The notes: a model not told the origin generated them from the sequence alone. A DNA stretch of 64,000 bases from Priapulus caudatus (GCF_000485595.1 NW_014577076.1:62001-126000); one strand, 5' to 3'; counted from the first letter of the stretch, positions 1 to 14,352 are shown. Program-made: numbers and translations.

Positions 1-59
1 ATGATAGCATAGATATGATAGATAGGACAGCGTAGATATGATAGATTAGATATGATTGT

Positions 60-3000
60 CCAGTTTGGCAGAATATTAGCGAACAAGAAATTTTAATAGT
101 TCAGAGTTTTTTTAGTTGATGATGTATTATATCCATGTCTGGCGCATTTTTACTTTGTTCGGCGACCAAACTGCCACACTTTGGGAACATTTTTAATTAG
201 CTAATTTGCATAATCACAATTGGCCAAAAATACAACTTTTTAAACCTAATAGCGCTATAGAATCATGTGAATTGATAGCTCTTTTCTATTAGGGTTAGGG
301 GCCCAGTTTGACATCCATTTTGATGTTTACTGTTTCGCCGATTGAAGTCAGGATCAACCTATAAAAGTTAAGGTCAGGTCACTTTGGTTAAAATTACCCT
401 AATTTCATCTTTCAACGGTAACTTGACTGAAAAATTATGTGTGGCCATGTGAAGCGTGTATTGAGTCCCCGTTAGTGATTGTTGATGCATAGTATATGAT
501 TATTATTCATTTGGTTGATAAATTAAATAATGCTGGACCATATGGGTCAAGGTTACAATATGGGCGTTGTCAAAATACACTTTTTAATACCATGGACTAG
601 AAATGCATTGTGATAACACTTTTCTACACAAGTTTGACTCAAGGAATCCATTTCTGAATGTTATTTTCGCAGTGTTTTAAGGTCACGTCTTAACCTATAA
701 GGTCAAGCAGATCACGTTGGTGTCAACAATTGACGAAAGTTCGCCTGAATTTCCGGTTTAATAAAGTCAAAATTTCCACCATACGGAACTGTTCCGCATA
801 TTTAATTGTGCGGGCGATGATGGGTAATAGTATGCTAATAGTAGTTATTATTATTTATTTTTGATAAATTCCTAATAATGTATGGGCCCATATGGATCAC
901 GGTCTTGCATTGAGCGGTCAAGGAAATAATAATAAAAATGTTATCAAGATTTAATAACTATTTCACAGATAATATTGTTTCATTATTCATTTTAAACACA
1001 GTATTGTTAAGTGAACTATAGCTCCACCCCTATACTCTTTACCTGCTTTATAAAACATGGACAGATTGTTAGAGCGTTACTGCAACGTCACACGTCAGCG
1101 TGCCCTACAACAACAGTCAGGTTAAAGCAACCCAACACATTTGCTGAACAAAATATATGCAATTAAAGTATATTTAGGACGAAATCAATGGACTAAATAG
1201 ATATTTGAAGCGAAAAACAATCTCTAAGAAAACCATGACTATTGCAACATAAATTTTTGTGCGGTGATTTGAACTCTCAGATGGTTCTGTGAGGTTCTTT
1301 TCTGAAATCAACCCTCAGCTCTATCGTCTTCTTGCTTCCGATCTTCTGAATCAAACTCAATGCCTCGTCTCATCCTTATCATCCGCCTCCTTACTTGGGA
1401 GATGTGTTGCAGCACGCATCACCGATTGTTGCCAGATCCCCGGCTGTAGTTCTGTGCAGCTGAGTTTTTTACCGGTGACACGATACATTAGCTTCTTTGC
1501 ATGCACCTCGCCCATTTGCTTGACGTCAGCCAGATCACATTCATCAGAAGCGGTGGTACAGTGTGCCACTATCAATGCGAAGGACAAGTATCCCATCCTA
1601 GGGTTCCTGAGATTGGTAGAACATCTGGAGACCGCCTCGATGTTCGGCAGCCTGTCCAAGGTGGGCACGTACGCACTGGTGGTAGACGATTTCTGGTCTA
1701 TGTCTGCGGCAGTGCCATATACTCAAGTGACATGATGCGCAGTGGTTTTCTCCACCGTTTACGGGTGCTATAGATTGTAAGCGAGGCATTGAGTCATGGG
1801 ACGGTGCTCACTTGCCACGGTTGTCCATACTAAGTGCTGCAAAGATTTTTGAATTGCTTGCCCAAACGCCATCAGGTCCGTCGGTCCGCCATCCAGTTGG
1901 CCCCAACCTCTCTTTACTCAACCACGTTCAACAAATCCAACTGACCTCATCTTCTTACTGCGTGGCACTGCAGCTTTTCCTAGTATGAATGACTTCTTTT
2001 AAACTTGGCCGCTTTAGACACATTGTGCAGAGTAGCAGGTGTGGTGCTCCCTGTTTCTTCCCTCAGTGTCGTGCCAATAGAGCCAATCCGGGCATTTCAC
2101 CTGCGCTTCAGGAGTCGAGGTTGAAGCTGCACTTTTCAAAGACGCGGCCGGTATTATCAGTTGATATGCTTGGCCGCGTCACAATCCGCTCATATATGAT
2201 ACACATGGGGATGAGATTGACTGGAATTGTGTGCCATGGCGCCGCATGTGTGTTTCCTTCCGTCCATTGGGGTGTAGAGTGATAAGGTCGAGGCTGTCAT
2301 TCCAGTACAAATTATGACCATCCAGATATTTGACCTCCCCCCCCGCCCCTGTTCTTTTCCAGGCCATAGCCTCGATGGTTAGCGCCACACTTGTTGGGTC
2401 CGCTCAAATGCTGCCAACGCTTTTACCGGAAACGCAGATGATGTTTACCTAGCTGTTTTATGCGACAATTTCTTCTTATCAATATCTGAGCTTCGGTGCA
2501 TGTTTTGGCTGGAATCTCGACCAGCTTAGACCAAGTGGATCTGGTCCGTGGAGCAGTGATGTGACTTTTGGTATCTCGACTGGGCCAGGCTGAGTGACTG
2601 CTTATAGTTACCTCATTATTTGATCACCAAGTGCTTACTCATAAGAGACCGCAAGATAGAAGTATATGGCTGGTCTGGCTACATGATTCTCTGCTTATTG
2701 TCGGTAACTAGGTTACAAGACGGTAGAAGAGGTGTGTTCGATTTCGTTACTTTCCCGGTGCCTCTTTCTGCACCTGGGGATGACCATGATGCGATTACTC
2801 TAGTTGTATCGATAGGCTTAGTTTGTGACGGAAACTAAATTGCGTGCTAAACGATATCCGTAGCTTTCATTTGTGGTTTATGTGATAACACGTCGTATGC
2901 ACATGTGTACACTGAAAATTATCATTATTGATGAATTTGGTTTACCGGAAATTCAGCGAATTTTCGTCAATCTTTGAACCAAAGTCAATTCCTGACCTTG

Positions 3001-3685
3001 ACCTTATATGGTCTAAACGTTGCCTTTACTGCGACAAATAACATCTAGAAAATGGGATTCCTTGAGTCAAGACTTGTGTTAGAAAGTGTGATCACACATG
3101 TTTCTATGTCCATTAGTTAAAAGTTGTGATTTTTGGACCCATATATTTTGGTTAATCCTTGACCCCATACTTGGTCCAGGCATTATTTTAATTTATATCA
3201 ACATATGATGATGAATCCGATTACTTCATCAACAATCTATGTAGGCGGACGTCAGAGTACGACCACTTCACAGCAACACATAATTTTCAGTCAGGCTTAT
3301 CCTTGTAAGTGAATTAGCGGTAATTTTGACGAATGACTTTGTACCTTGATCAAATAATATAGTTCAGGTTTGATCTGAGCCTTTAATTCGCGACGGTAAC
3401 ATCAGAAATGGATCACTGGCGTCAACCTATACTAGAAAATGAGCGTGATACTACAGATTCTAAGCCTATATTAGTTAAAATAGTTTATTTGGCCATGTTA
3501 ATTATGCAATATAGCCTAATTTAACAAATGTTCCCCAAAAGTTGCCGTTGATGCGAAACAAAGACTTAAAAATCTTTTCCAGACAACTGGCATTATGAAT
3601 ATCATAATCAATAAAACAAACCTCTTCTTTGATACTGATTAAAAATTTCTTGGTTCCTATATTGAAGATACGGCCCGCTTACTAG
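60..3685. mobile_element. Degenerate DNA transposon with ~700-bp terminal inverted repeats, embedded in GATA-type microsatellite (superfamily uncertain, tentatively Academ-like)
   Basis: ~70-780 aligns by eye to the reverse complement of ~2925-3680, e.g. 181 ttgggaacatttttaattag...tggccaaa vs 3488-3537, and 421 acttgactgaaaaattatgtgt vs 3276-3296. The interior (~1250-2850) is GC-richer with broken minus-strand frames. Many indels suggest decay or noisy sequence. Confidence 0.65.
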
Positions 3686-3689
3686 ACTA

Positions 3690-4737
3690 AATATAGGATA
3701 AATAGATGATAGATTAGATAGATTGAGATGGATGATAGATAGATAGATAGATAGATAGATGAGATAGAGTAGATAGATAGATAGATAAGGATAGGATAGA
3801 TAGGATAGATCGAGATAGGATAGATTAGATAGAGTAGATAGATTTAGAAGATAGATTAGATGAGATAGATAGGATAAGATTAGATAGATACGCATAGATG
3901 AGATAGATAGATAGATTAGATAGGATTAGATAGATTAGATAAGATAGATAGATAGATGGATTGGAGGATGTATGGAATATGGATGGAATTGTGATGTGGA
4001 TGGATCGGATGGATGGATGGATGAATAGTAGATGTAGATAGCATAGATAGATAGACTATGATATATAGCTAGATAGATAGATAGAAGATAGATAGATAGA
4101 CTAGATAGATAGATAGTGATAGATAGATAGATAGATAAGTAGATTGAGATAGGATAGAATTGGATAGATAGATGAGATAGATGAGTAGATAAATAGACTA
4201 GAACTAGTGATAGCATTAGATATGATAGGATTAGATAGATAGTATTAGATCAGAGATGATAGGCATAGATAGCATAGATAGCTATAGGATAGATAAGATA
4301 GAATTAGATTAGATAAGATAGATAGACTAGATAGATTAGATTTAGATAGATAGATAGAATAGATAAGATAGGATTGATAGAAGATAGGAAATGTTTTTAG
4401 ATAGATAGATAGATAGATACGGATAAAGTAGATAGAATAGATAGCATAAGATAGATTAGGCATAGATAGCATTAGGATAGATAGGATAGATAGATAGCAA
4501 TAGACTAGATAGATAGATAGATAGCATTAGATATGCATAGCATAGATAGATATATAGAGGGACAGATAGGATAGATGAGATAGATAGATAGGCAGTACAG
4601 TATAGATAGATTAGATAGAATAGATTATTATAGATAAAATAGATAGGATATAGAGTAGATAGAGTAGAATAGATAGATAGACTAGATTAGATAGATTAGA
4701 TAGAGTACGATAGATTAGATAGATAGATTAGATACTC

Positions 4738-4799
<62 letters not shown>

Positions 4800-4845
4800 A
4801 AGATAGATAAATAGATAGCTAGATCGCTGGATAGATAGATAGATA
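3690..4845. repeat. Degenerate (GATA)n microsatellite, ~1.15 kb
   Basis: Visible directly; perfect run at 4740-4797. Confidence 0.95.
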
Positions 4846-6123
4846 GGGTCAGCCAAACCAAACACCGGCGGACACGAATAATATATCACATCGTGGAAGG
4901 AGATGGAGTTGCATTGTAAGTAAAGTCGTGGCAAAGACAGATTTGTCCAGAATAAGACTTTTGTGTCATAAGAAGTAATATTATCAACATAACATACAAC
5001 AAATAATACGATTATTTATGATCGTATCGAAGGCTGTTTTTAAATGATAGGAATTTAAATCTCTGTCTATTTAGGTTTCTTCGGTGCAAGGTTGACTGCA
5101 TCTGGCAAATTTCAGATCGTTAAAATGCATCTAAACAAGACCATTGATGCTTTGGATGGTTCATTTAGTTGTATTTAGAGCGAGTTTGCGAAGATTTCAC
5201 AATACACATATATATTCTCCGAACGGCCAGATACTTCGTGAACATTATAGCACGTCTTATCGCGTTTCGTCGTGCGTAGTTATCTGACAGAAGTTGTAAT
5301 TTATCCTTCATTTACAACAGCAATTGTGGAACATTGCACTAGCGAATGCTTGCGGCTCGATATTTTAACCGTATCTGAGCAATTCGGAAGGACTCGCTCA
5401 GTCGTCTATTACTCTTGTAAGCGCCTACACGCTGATACAATTTCAAACGGATAAAATCGCTCTCAGAAGCTCCAAACTATAGAAAATTACAGCTGCGCCT
5501 AACACAGTTCTCGCTATACCGCATTCCCGTCACAAGCAATGAAACCATTGCATCCATCTTATGGATGCAACGGTTTCATTGCATGTAACAGGAATCCTTT
5601 CACATCTTACATGGCTGTTATATCAGTCGTTATGCGTCGAATTATTATTTTTCCTTGGCGCAGTTTTCCATCGTGGAGATAAAATAACCAAGCGATACGG
5701 CGCGTAGACATGTCATTTTACCCGCTAAGCAAAGGGGCTCGTAGATGAGCATAACACTTTGTGCTAATTGCATCGATCGATATCTGGCAAATAGAGATCC
5801 GAGAATATCTCTAAACCAATAAGAAAAAGTCGGTGGCAATTAAAATAAACTTTAAAATCTTCAAATAAACTCATGTTAGTTGAAATGCTTTTAGCGGCAC
5901 TACGCATCTGCTGCCAGCGCGTCAAATATTCGAAATTTAACATTCATGATTTAAGTTGGTACACCTTAAATATTTTTTATTATATTTCTTATTATACTTC
6001 TTATTATAATTCTTATTATATTTCTTATTATATTATTATTTGTAAATCCGAACGTAATCAATACCACAGTCATAACCACATCTATACCCATAAGCATACC
6101 CATATCCATAACCATAAATATAA

Positions 6124-6172
<49 letters not shown>

Positions 6173-7480
6173 CTCCCCCTCTCTATATTCCAGTACCACT
6201 TCTTCGCAACTCTGATTATAATAACTTGTATATCTGCGAGTAGGCGATGTCGACGACCATCCGATTCCATTGATCGTCATCTAACCGACGGCCCAACGCG
6301 CTAGCTGCAATACAACCGTATGCAAATTTCAGACATATAGCTAACTTGTCGGTGAGCTGCCTTGCCTCATCCCTAATCCCACGCTTGTCTGTGACCGTTG
6401 GATTAGTCGTGGTTGCGCGCAAAACCGCGTCCAGTAACAGTGTCGTGTTCTAGAAGACGAGTGAATTTGTAATACTCTATTAGGTATTAATTTAAATAGT
6501 AGCGGAGCGCTGACCAGATTCCGTCGGGCATTTATAATCTTTAAATGTCACACTCTCCATGCAATTATATGTAGCGAAGCTCCCGCACACCTTATCGATT
6601 GACTGGAGGTAGAGATGCGCCGCGCTCCGTCAATGAGTGGCCCTCGCAGGAATACAGTAATCGTGAACATCGCATGCTGCGCACAAGCGCTGTAATATTA
6701 GCCGACATCCTCGAGCAACGTGTACGCGCGTTTAAATGCGTAATGAAAAAACTCAGTTTGAGCGTTTCAATATTAGTAATTCGCATGAGTTGACACCGTA
6801 AATTCTGCGGAGTTACCCGATTGCGCGTCGTACGTTTGTGGAGTGATGTAGAACATAATTGTTGAAACATTATATGCGTCATGGTTGAGCGACAAGATTA
6901 ATTGCTTTATTATGTTCATGAAAGCACAATAAAGACAATGCTTACTAAGTACCGGTGATCAGATTTAAACAGCTACGTATGTATTAACAATAAACACACT
7001 CTAAAACATGCAAGTGGCTCGCCCACTAGTGAATTTCTAACCGCACTGAATAGAAATACTTAATTAGATTTACTGGACCCGCGAAAACTATAATATTTCA
7101 ATTGCCATGCCTGAAAGCTCTTGTCATAGAATCATGGCAACGATAATATTCCGGATTATAAAACAGCAGTTGAAATCACCTTAGGAACAATAATTACGTA
7201 ATACCTAGATAAACACAATCAACACAAAAGCATGCCGATATATCAACGTCATTCGTTCATGTATGCTGCGTGCGTAAGAATATATAAATCGATTAAATTA
7301 TTGTTCACTTCGCATGCACAAGGGCTATACTATATATAATATATAATATAATTATAATGTATTTCTATTCTGTATAACTCGTCGTTGTTGTGCTCTGAAT
7401 AATCGCTCGTAGCTTGTTATACACTGAACTGCATGCTTATTTCAATACCCTGCATACCTTACGATTGTATATATGTACCG

Positions 7481-7640
7481 TGTACATATCATAGACAGAA
7501 CACCCTATTATCTGGTGAAACTGGTTTGGTGTAACAGCTGCTAAAGTAATATGGGTTTATTTGGGACTGAGACATATCCAGGTGCATCTGCAGGAATGGC
7601 GCCACTCTACTATCGTCAACACTACATCCCTTTCCTCCTT
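7481..7640 (-). mobile_element. Putative 3' LTR and polypurine tract of the Gypsy element
   Basis: Minus strand: purine tract AAGGAGGAAAGGGA (7640-7627) is followed directly by TGTAGT at 7626, with AATAAA near 7556-7561. The distal ...CA end (~7481) is uncertain. Confidence 0.6.
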
Positions 7641-8015
7641 GGATGAACGACAGTCTAACTTTTAAGACTTCTGACTGTAACTTGGGATATGCCCGGTGAT
7701 GATCTAAGAATTTGAATTAGGTAGAAGTTACACAGTCTGTAACGCGAAGTAAAAGTTCAACTAGCGCGAAGTAAACGAGTTCAAATAACGCGAAATAAAC
7801 GAGTGCAAATAACTTGCATGGAACTATGCAGAGAGTGAACAGTCTAAATTACTCGTATGCGAATTGAAACAGTCTAGGTTACTAATACACGAAGATCTAC
7901 AGAATATAGATTAGGCGGTAACTTAGGTACTTCGAAGGCGTATGAGAGCAAGCGCAGTAGCTAGGTGAGAAGTCACTAGCACATCACCCTAGTCTACAGT
8001 TCTGGCACAAACACA

Positions 8016-9000
8016 CTATGCGTATATGTATACATCCTTGAAGCGGACCGGAAGTTTCCGTTCTCTCGTTGAACGACGAACATGCGGTTGTCGAAGACAA
8101 GATCTCAGGGGAGGTCCATCCACGTGTCCTGGTGGAGCGCGAATTGGCGGATCTCCAATCACGTCATCATCATCGTCTTCGATGATCTCTCGGCGGATAA
8201 GCTGCGGTATCGGCTTGAAGAACGCTGTGTTCCGTGTGATGCGCTTATTCTCGTTCGACGCGGTTATCATAGAGCCTTTACGACTCTCCACGGTCAGCGG
8301 TTTAGGATCGAAGTGCGGAGACAACTTATTGGTACGTTGCTGTTTGACTAAGACGGTGTCTCCTGGCTGGATCTCATTTCCCTTTGCATTCCGTCTGTTG
8401 TCAGCGTATTCCTTCATCCTTTCTTTCTGGTGAGCATCTCTCTCCTTGATCTTCTGTCGAATATCTGGCATGTCAGGCAACACTCTGGCTGGTAGCTGTG
8501 GTAGTTCACGTTGTAGTGGTTACACGAAAACGTCTACCATACAGCGCTTCGGCTGGCGGAACTCCAGTAGTGGCATGTGGCGTCGCGCGGTATTGTCTTA
8601 GGAAACGGAAAAGTTCCTGTTTCCAATTCTTTCCTTCAAGATTCGCGATGCGTACGATTTTCAGCAGAGTGTCCATGAACCTTTCAACACCACCATTGGC
8701 TTGAGGCCACAATGGGGTGACTTTCCGATGTTTGAATCCAAGGTCAGCTGCGAAGCTTGCGAAATCTTGACCTTGGAACGGAGGTCCATTGTCGGACTTG
8801 ACGACTTCAGGTATTCCCTGGCGTGAGAAAATACCATCGAGCTTTGGTATGACAGTCTTTGCAGCAGTGGACGAGACTATTTCGACTTCCGGAAAGCGAC
8901 TATAGTCATCAGTTACAACAAGTAGCATCTCGCTTGATGGTAGAGGTCCATTGAAGTCCACAGACACTTCAGCCCAATGTTCGGCTGGGAGCGGTGACAT
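8016..9000 (-). pseudogene. Ty3/Gypsy LTR retrotransposon integrase, 5'-truncated and frameshifted
   Basis: ORF 8506-9000 has the rve DDE core (SVDFNGP, KSDNGPPFQG, ANGGVERF) plus YRATPHATTG. ORF 8016-8483 has the C-terminus (GDTVLVK, KLSPHFDP, RRSTRERKLPVRF). The frame changes near 8500, and coding stops abruptly at 9000. Confidence 0.92.
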
Positions 9001-10206
9001 TATTTATTATATGTGAAAAATATAACGCATTTCGGTCTACATGACGTGTAAACCAGCCTGGACATTAGTGTAGAATTTTTTTCATATAATTATTGTAGCG
9101 TCGTGGAAAATGGAAATCTAAATTTTATTGAGGACCAATTGCAATGCAAATGGTACGACGCGGGCGCGCACAAAACTGCGGTAATCCCAGATGTATACGC
9201 GAGGAAATACGACCTCGTTATCGACTCGCCGCCGACTAAACGCCACGAGACACCCGTCATTTAGCTTTAATTGGACTCAACTACAGTGCTTGCGACAGTA
9301 AGCTCTTCATGCTACGAGGTGTTTTATTTGAATTTCCTTTTGAGACATCAAACTTAAGGCAAGCGCGATTTCCATAATTGCTGCGTCAACGAACCTACAG
9401 ACAATTGATGAAACGTATGCAAATATGAGCGTGTGGGGGAAATGTGTCTTTGCATGCATGTATTATAAAGAGAGTGCTAGCGGATTGAATCACTGCTGCA
9501 CTATAAGGAGAACATTAAGAACGTCTCAGTTAGTTCCTTTGAACCTAAAACGAGGGTATCAAACTTTTGCCGGGAAAGGTAAAATTTCTTCAAAGTAGGC
9601 CTAATATAGACGGGGTTGCGTATATAAGTAACGGCTTATGTGTGAATATGTGATAGCACGCGTAGTTGTTCGTATGTGTGAAGGAAGCTTACTTAATCAA
9701 TAGTAGTGACAACGAAAACCTCCTGTTTAAAATACTGTCGCGTCAATTAAACGTAGATTATGCTCATGAATAAATAATTTCAACTTCCATTTGTTTTATT
9801 TGTTAACAATCGAAAATTTAATTTCCATGCAACATCACTTACTTAGTGAATCGACGACAGCTAGGCGGCTAATAGGTAAATGAAATATTGTAAACCTACC
9901 TGTCTATTTAGTGTAATGCCGTTTGAATCTGTTCGAAATTCACGCGTAACGTTTGCTTATGTATTCGTTGTCGTAAGGCGAGTTAGTAATTTGGCGGCAT
10001 AAAACTGAAGTCATAAATGTCATTATTAATTTAGGGCTGCGTGTCTAGCGTTAATAATTTAGATGACCAGTGGTTTTCGGAACACATCAGCTCGTTTCCC
10101 TGCGTGTGCACCTCAACGCTATTATAAGTGGAGAGACTGCCGCGAGAGGGCGCTGAAGAATAAGATCGAAACAATAAATATAAGGCTGCAAACTCCGCGA
10201 ATCGTT

Positions 10207-10444
10207 GGGTGTCAATTTCCCCCGGGCGTAGTGGGAGGGTGCCGCTACGTGGCAGCACTAGTGTTAGGATTAGGCTTAGGGTCAGGGTTAGGGGTAGGGT
10301 TAGGGTTAGGGTTAGGGTTAGGGTTAGGGAAATAAGGCCATGTCTAGCATGGAAGTATGACTGTGGAATGACGGAAGTGTACGAAGTGACTAGTGCTGCC
10401 ACGTAGCGGCACCCTCCCTCTACGCCCGGAAGAAAGTGACACCC
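10207..10444. mobile_element. MITE-like cassette: ~55-bp inverted repeats enclosing (TTAGGG)n
   Basis: Arms 10207-10262 and 10389-10444 share a perfect 30-bp core GGGAGGGTGCCGCTACGTGGCAGCACTAGT. Telomeric repeat at 10264-10329. Confidence 0.75.
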
Positions 10445-12959
10445 CGAATTCGTTCGGGTACGTGTGTTATAGTCGGTGCATGCAGGCAGCTTGCTATCGA
10501 ATATCGCTTTGGCATCAGGGCACCGGAAGATATTTCCGCTAAATACGTTCGAGCGTTTTGCCATGCAACAATTTATTCTGCGAACGACATTACGTTTCTT
10601 TATTACCGGGCACTAAGTGAAAATTCATTAAGAATTTATTATTCCAAAAACATTTCCAAGTTAGCTCTCGAACATGACATGAATTTAAAAGCACTACAGA
10701 AACCCAGGAAACCTTGAACAGCATCGGGCAATTTAGCAAATAACGGTGGATAGTATTTCCCATCCACAATAATTTATATTAACAGCTTTTAAATGCCATT
10801 CGATCATTCTAGGTGTCATGCAGTAGCTAGGTGAGTGCATTGTTCCTTGAAATTCTATTATGCGATTAATGTATTCTAATTTAATTACTTTATTGGTCAT
10901 TTTCGCGTGTAACTGCACTCGATCAATGCTTGTATAATTAGATTAGTCAGTCCACGTCTTTCATTTCAGAGATTTTCGTTTGTAATGGAGTAGAGGTAGC
11001 TGCTCTTAATAACTTTGTCTCTAGCTTAGGCTATCGTTGGTCTCATGGATGAGGGTGAAGAGAAGCCTTTCTAAAAAGCAAAATTTGATTAATAAACTGT
11101 GATTGCTAGGCATTAACTTATGTATATGCTAAGGATGTTTATATAAACGAACATTACGTGAAACATGTTTACTAACTTAGAGAAGACGCGCCCACATACA
11201 CCTTTGCCCTACGCAGGCGCGCACGAACACACGCGCACATACAATGACAAACGCATACATTGTAAATTGACACGTTTATAAGCACAAAGTATACACAGGT
11301 TCACACAGATACATACGTACACGTAGCAGCGCCCGCTACACATAAAATAATTTTCAAGGTACATTAACTGTATGGATAATGTACTCCTGATAATTTTTTT
11401 AATCCTGCTTTGAAATTCGATTCATAGCCTAATCGTGGGCAGATTACATCGTAGTTAAAAGTTGGGTTTATTATCCTTCAGCGAGGTAAATTACATTTTC
11501 GAATGCTATATTTCACTGTAGTATCAGTAACCTTTTATGTAAACGCGGGTAACATCACTAACTCTTAACGACTATTCTGTTGTGGATGCATTTTAAATGC
11601 TTATTTTGAATAAATGTACCCACAATCCGCGACAGAATGTACGAGTAAATGTTGTCTCTTGTGCAGCGTCAATATACTTGTCGCTACGCCGATACTGTCG
11701 GTCAGTACAACTTTTTCTGGCCTTGAAAAGTAAGCGTGTAAATAAATAATGTTTTGGCTTTTAGTATGCCCATCCGGCAGCAAAGCCGTCGGTGAAAAGG
11801 GGAAGGAAGTATGAATATACTGTCATTTTTATCTACCATCAAGACGGAATCAAATGTGACCCACGATGTTATAGGGAACCATGATTAAATTTTAATTCTC
11901 GACATCTCTGTGATATATCTCTATGTATATATAGGTCACTGTTGGATCAGTTACTTCTATAAATGGTGATTGTGTTAACGGCTACCATATTGGACGTCAT
12001 TCTCATAGAATCCCACAGGGGCCATATAACCACAGGATGAGTAAAGAAACATAGATAGATAGCCATAAAAGAATTGCTTAAAAGAAAGTTTGTGATTCTG
12101 GCTTGAGAAGAAACGACTAGTTTATGCAAAAGATATAAAACCAGACGTTTGAATTAGTAGCTTAGCTTGGTTTTGATTATAATATATTATTTCGATTTTA
12201 TTTATGATTATTATATAATAATTTCGTGCAGTATCCTTTACGCGAGATATATACAGCGAGGGGCTTATATAACGAGAATAACATCCCCGATACCTGATAA
12301 GGCACTTGCTTTATGATTTGTAGCGTGAACTGTTAAAATAGCGGACACCTAGAAGAGAGAAGTCATGGTCCGGCAGCTGTCGGATAGTGAGTGATACGGA
12401 CGAGTAGACGCTGACAGTGTTGCATAGCTGACAGCATGGCAGGCAGATCGACACACGGTGAGACCGAATTACGCGGTCGGAAGATCATCTATCCCAAAGG
12501 GCGTATAAAAGTTATTGGCAGCAGCGACGTCTGCAAGGCGGCGTCTGTGTGTATGCTGTACAACTTCTGGTATTTGAAGCCCGCGCTGTGTGGCCATATC
12601 TGAGTGACTGCTGCTTGGTGAGTAAACCCTGTGACGTGATTAGTATGTTTGTGCTCGTTCTGTTTCAACACGCCGGCTTTACAACTACAATTCATTTTTA
12701 TCCAGACACGTCATCATCAGCATTGCTACGTGCTTGCCACAAACCATGAGTAACTGAAAATGCGTAGTATTTATATCTAGTTTGTACAGTTTATTTGGAA
12801 GCTCATTTATTATATCATGCACATCATTCATTCTGATACAATTCAACAAAAGTTCTGACAATATTGGTTCGGTAAAAGCTCGCGTGCATTTAATTTCATT
12901 TGCTTCGTTACTATTTTGCTTGACATGTAACACATAATTATTTCATGTAACGGCAAGCA

Positions 12960-14352
12960 TGGACGGACGGACGGACGGACGGACGGCTGGATGAATAGAT
13001 GGATGGATAGATGGATGGAGGAATAGATGGATGATGGATGGATGGATGGATGGATGGATGGATGGATGGATGGATGGATGGATGGATGGATGGATGGATG
13101 GATGGATGGATGGATGGAATGGCATCGGATGGATCGGATGGATGATGGATGGATGGAGATGGATGGATGGATGATGGATGATGGATGGATGGATGGATGG
13201 ATGGATGGATGGAATGGATGGATGGCTGGTGATGGATGGCATGGATGATGGATGGATGGTAGGATGGTATGGATGGTATGGATGGATGGATGGATGGATG
13301 GATGGACTGGATGAGATGGATGGATGGATGGCATGGATGGATGGATGATGGATGGATGGATGGATGATGGATGGTATGGATGGATGGATGGATGGATGGG
13401 ATGGCATGGATGGATGGATGGATGGGTATGGATGGATTGGATGGATGGTATGGATGGATGGATGATGTATGGATGGATGATGGATTGATGGATGGATGGA
13501 TGGTATGGTATGGGATGGATGGATGGATGGATGGAGATGGGTATGGGTATGGAATGGATGGATGGATGGATGGATGGATGGATGGATGATGGATGGATGC
13601 ATTGGATGGATTGGATTGGAATGGATTGGATGGATGGATGGATGGAATGGATGATGGATGGTTTGGATGGATGATGGGATGGATGGATGGATGGATGGAT
13701 GGATATGGTGGATGGTATGGATGGGGATGGAGATGGATGTGATGGATGGATGGATGGATGGGTGGATGGATGGATGGATGGATGGATGGATGGATGGATG
13801 GATTGGATGGATGGATGGATGATGGATGGATGGATGGATGGATAGATAGATGGGATAGATTTGAATGGATGGTGGATGGATAGATGGATGGATGGGTGGA
13901 TGGTGGATGGATGGATGATGGATGGATGGATGGATGATGATGGATGGATGGATGGATGGATGGATGGATGGATGGATGGTGGATGGATGGATGGATGGAG
14001 TGGATGGATGGATGGATGGATGGCTGGATGGATGGAAGGTATGGATGGATGGATGGAGTGATGGATGGATGGATAGAAATGGGATGCGATGGATGGATGG
14101 ATGGATGGATGGATGGATGGATGGATGGATGGATGGATTGGATGGATGATGGATGGATGGATGGGTGGGTGATGTGATGGATGGATGGATGGATGGATGG
14201 ATGGATGATGGATGGATGGATGGATGGATGGATGGATGGATGGATGGATGGATGGATGGATGGATGGATGGATGGATGGATGGATGGATGGATGGATAGA
14301 TAGATGGATAGATGAATGGATGGATGATGGATAGATGGATGGATGGGTGGAT
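12960..14352. repeat. Degenerate (GGAT)n microsatellite, ~1.4 kb
   Basis: Visible directly; source of the spurious HPSI/MDGW ORFs. Confidence 0.97.
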
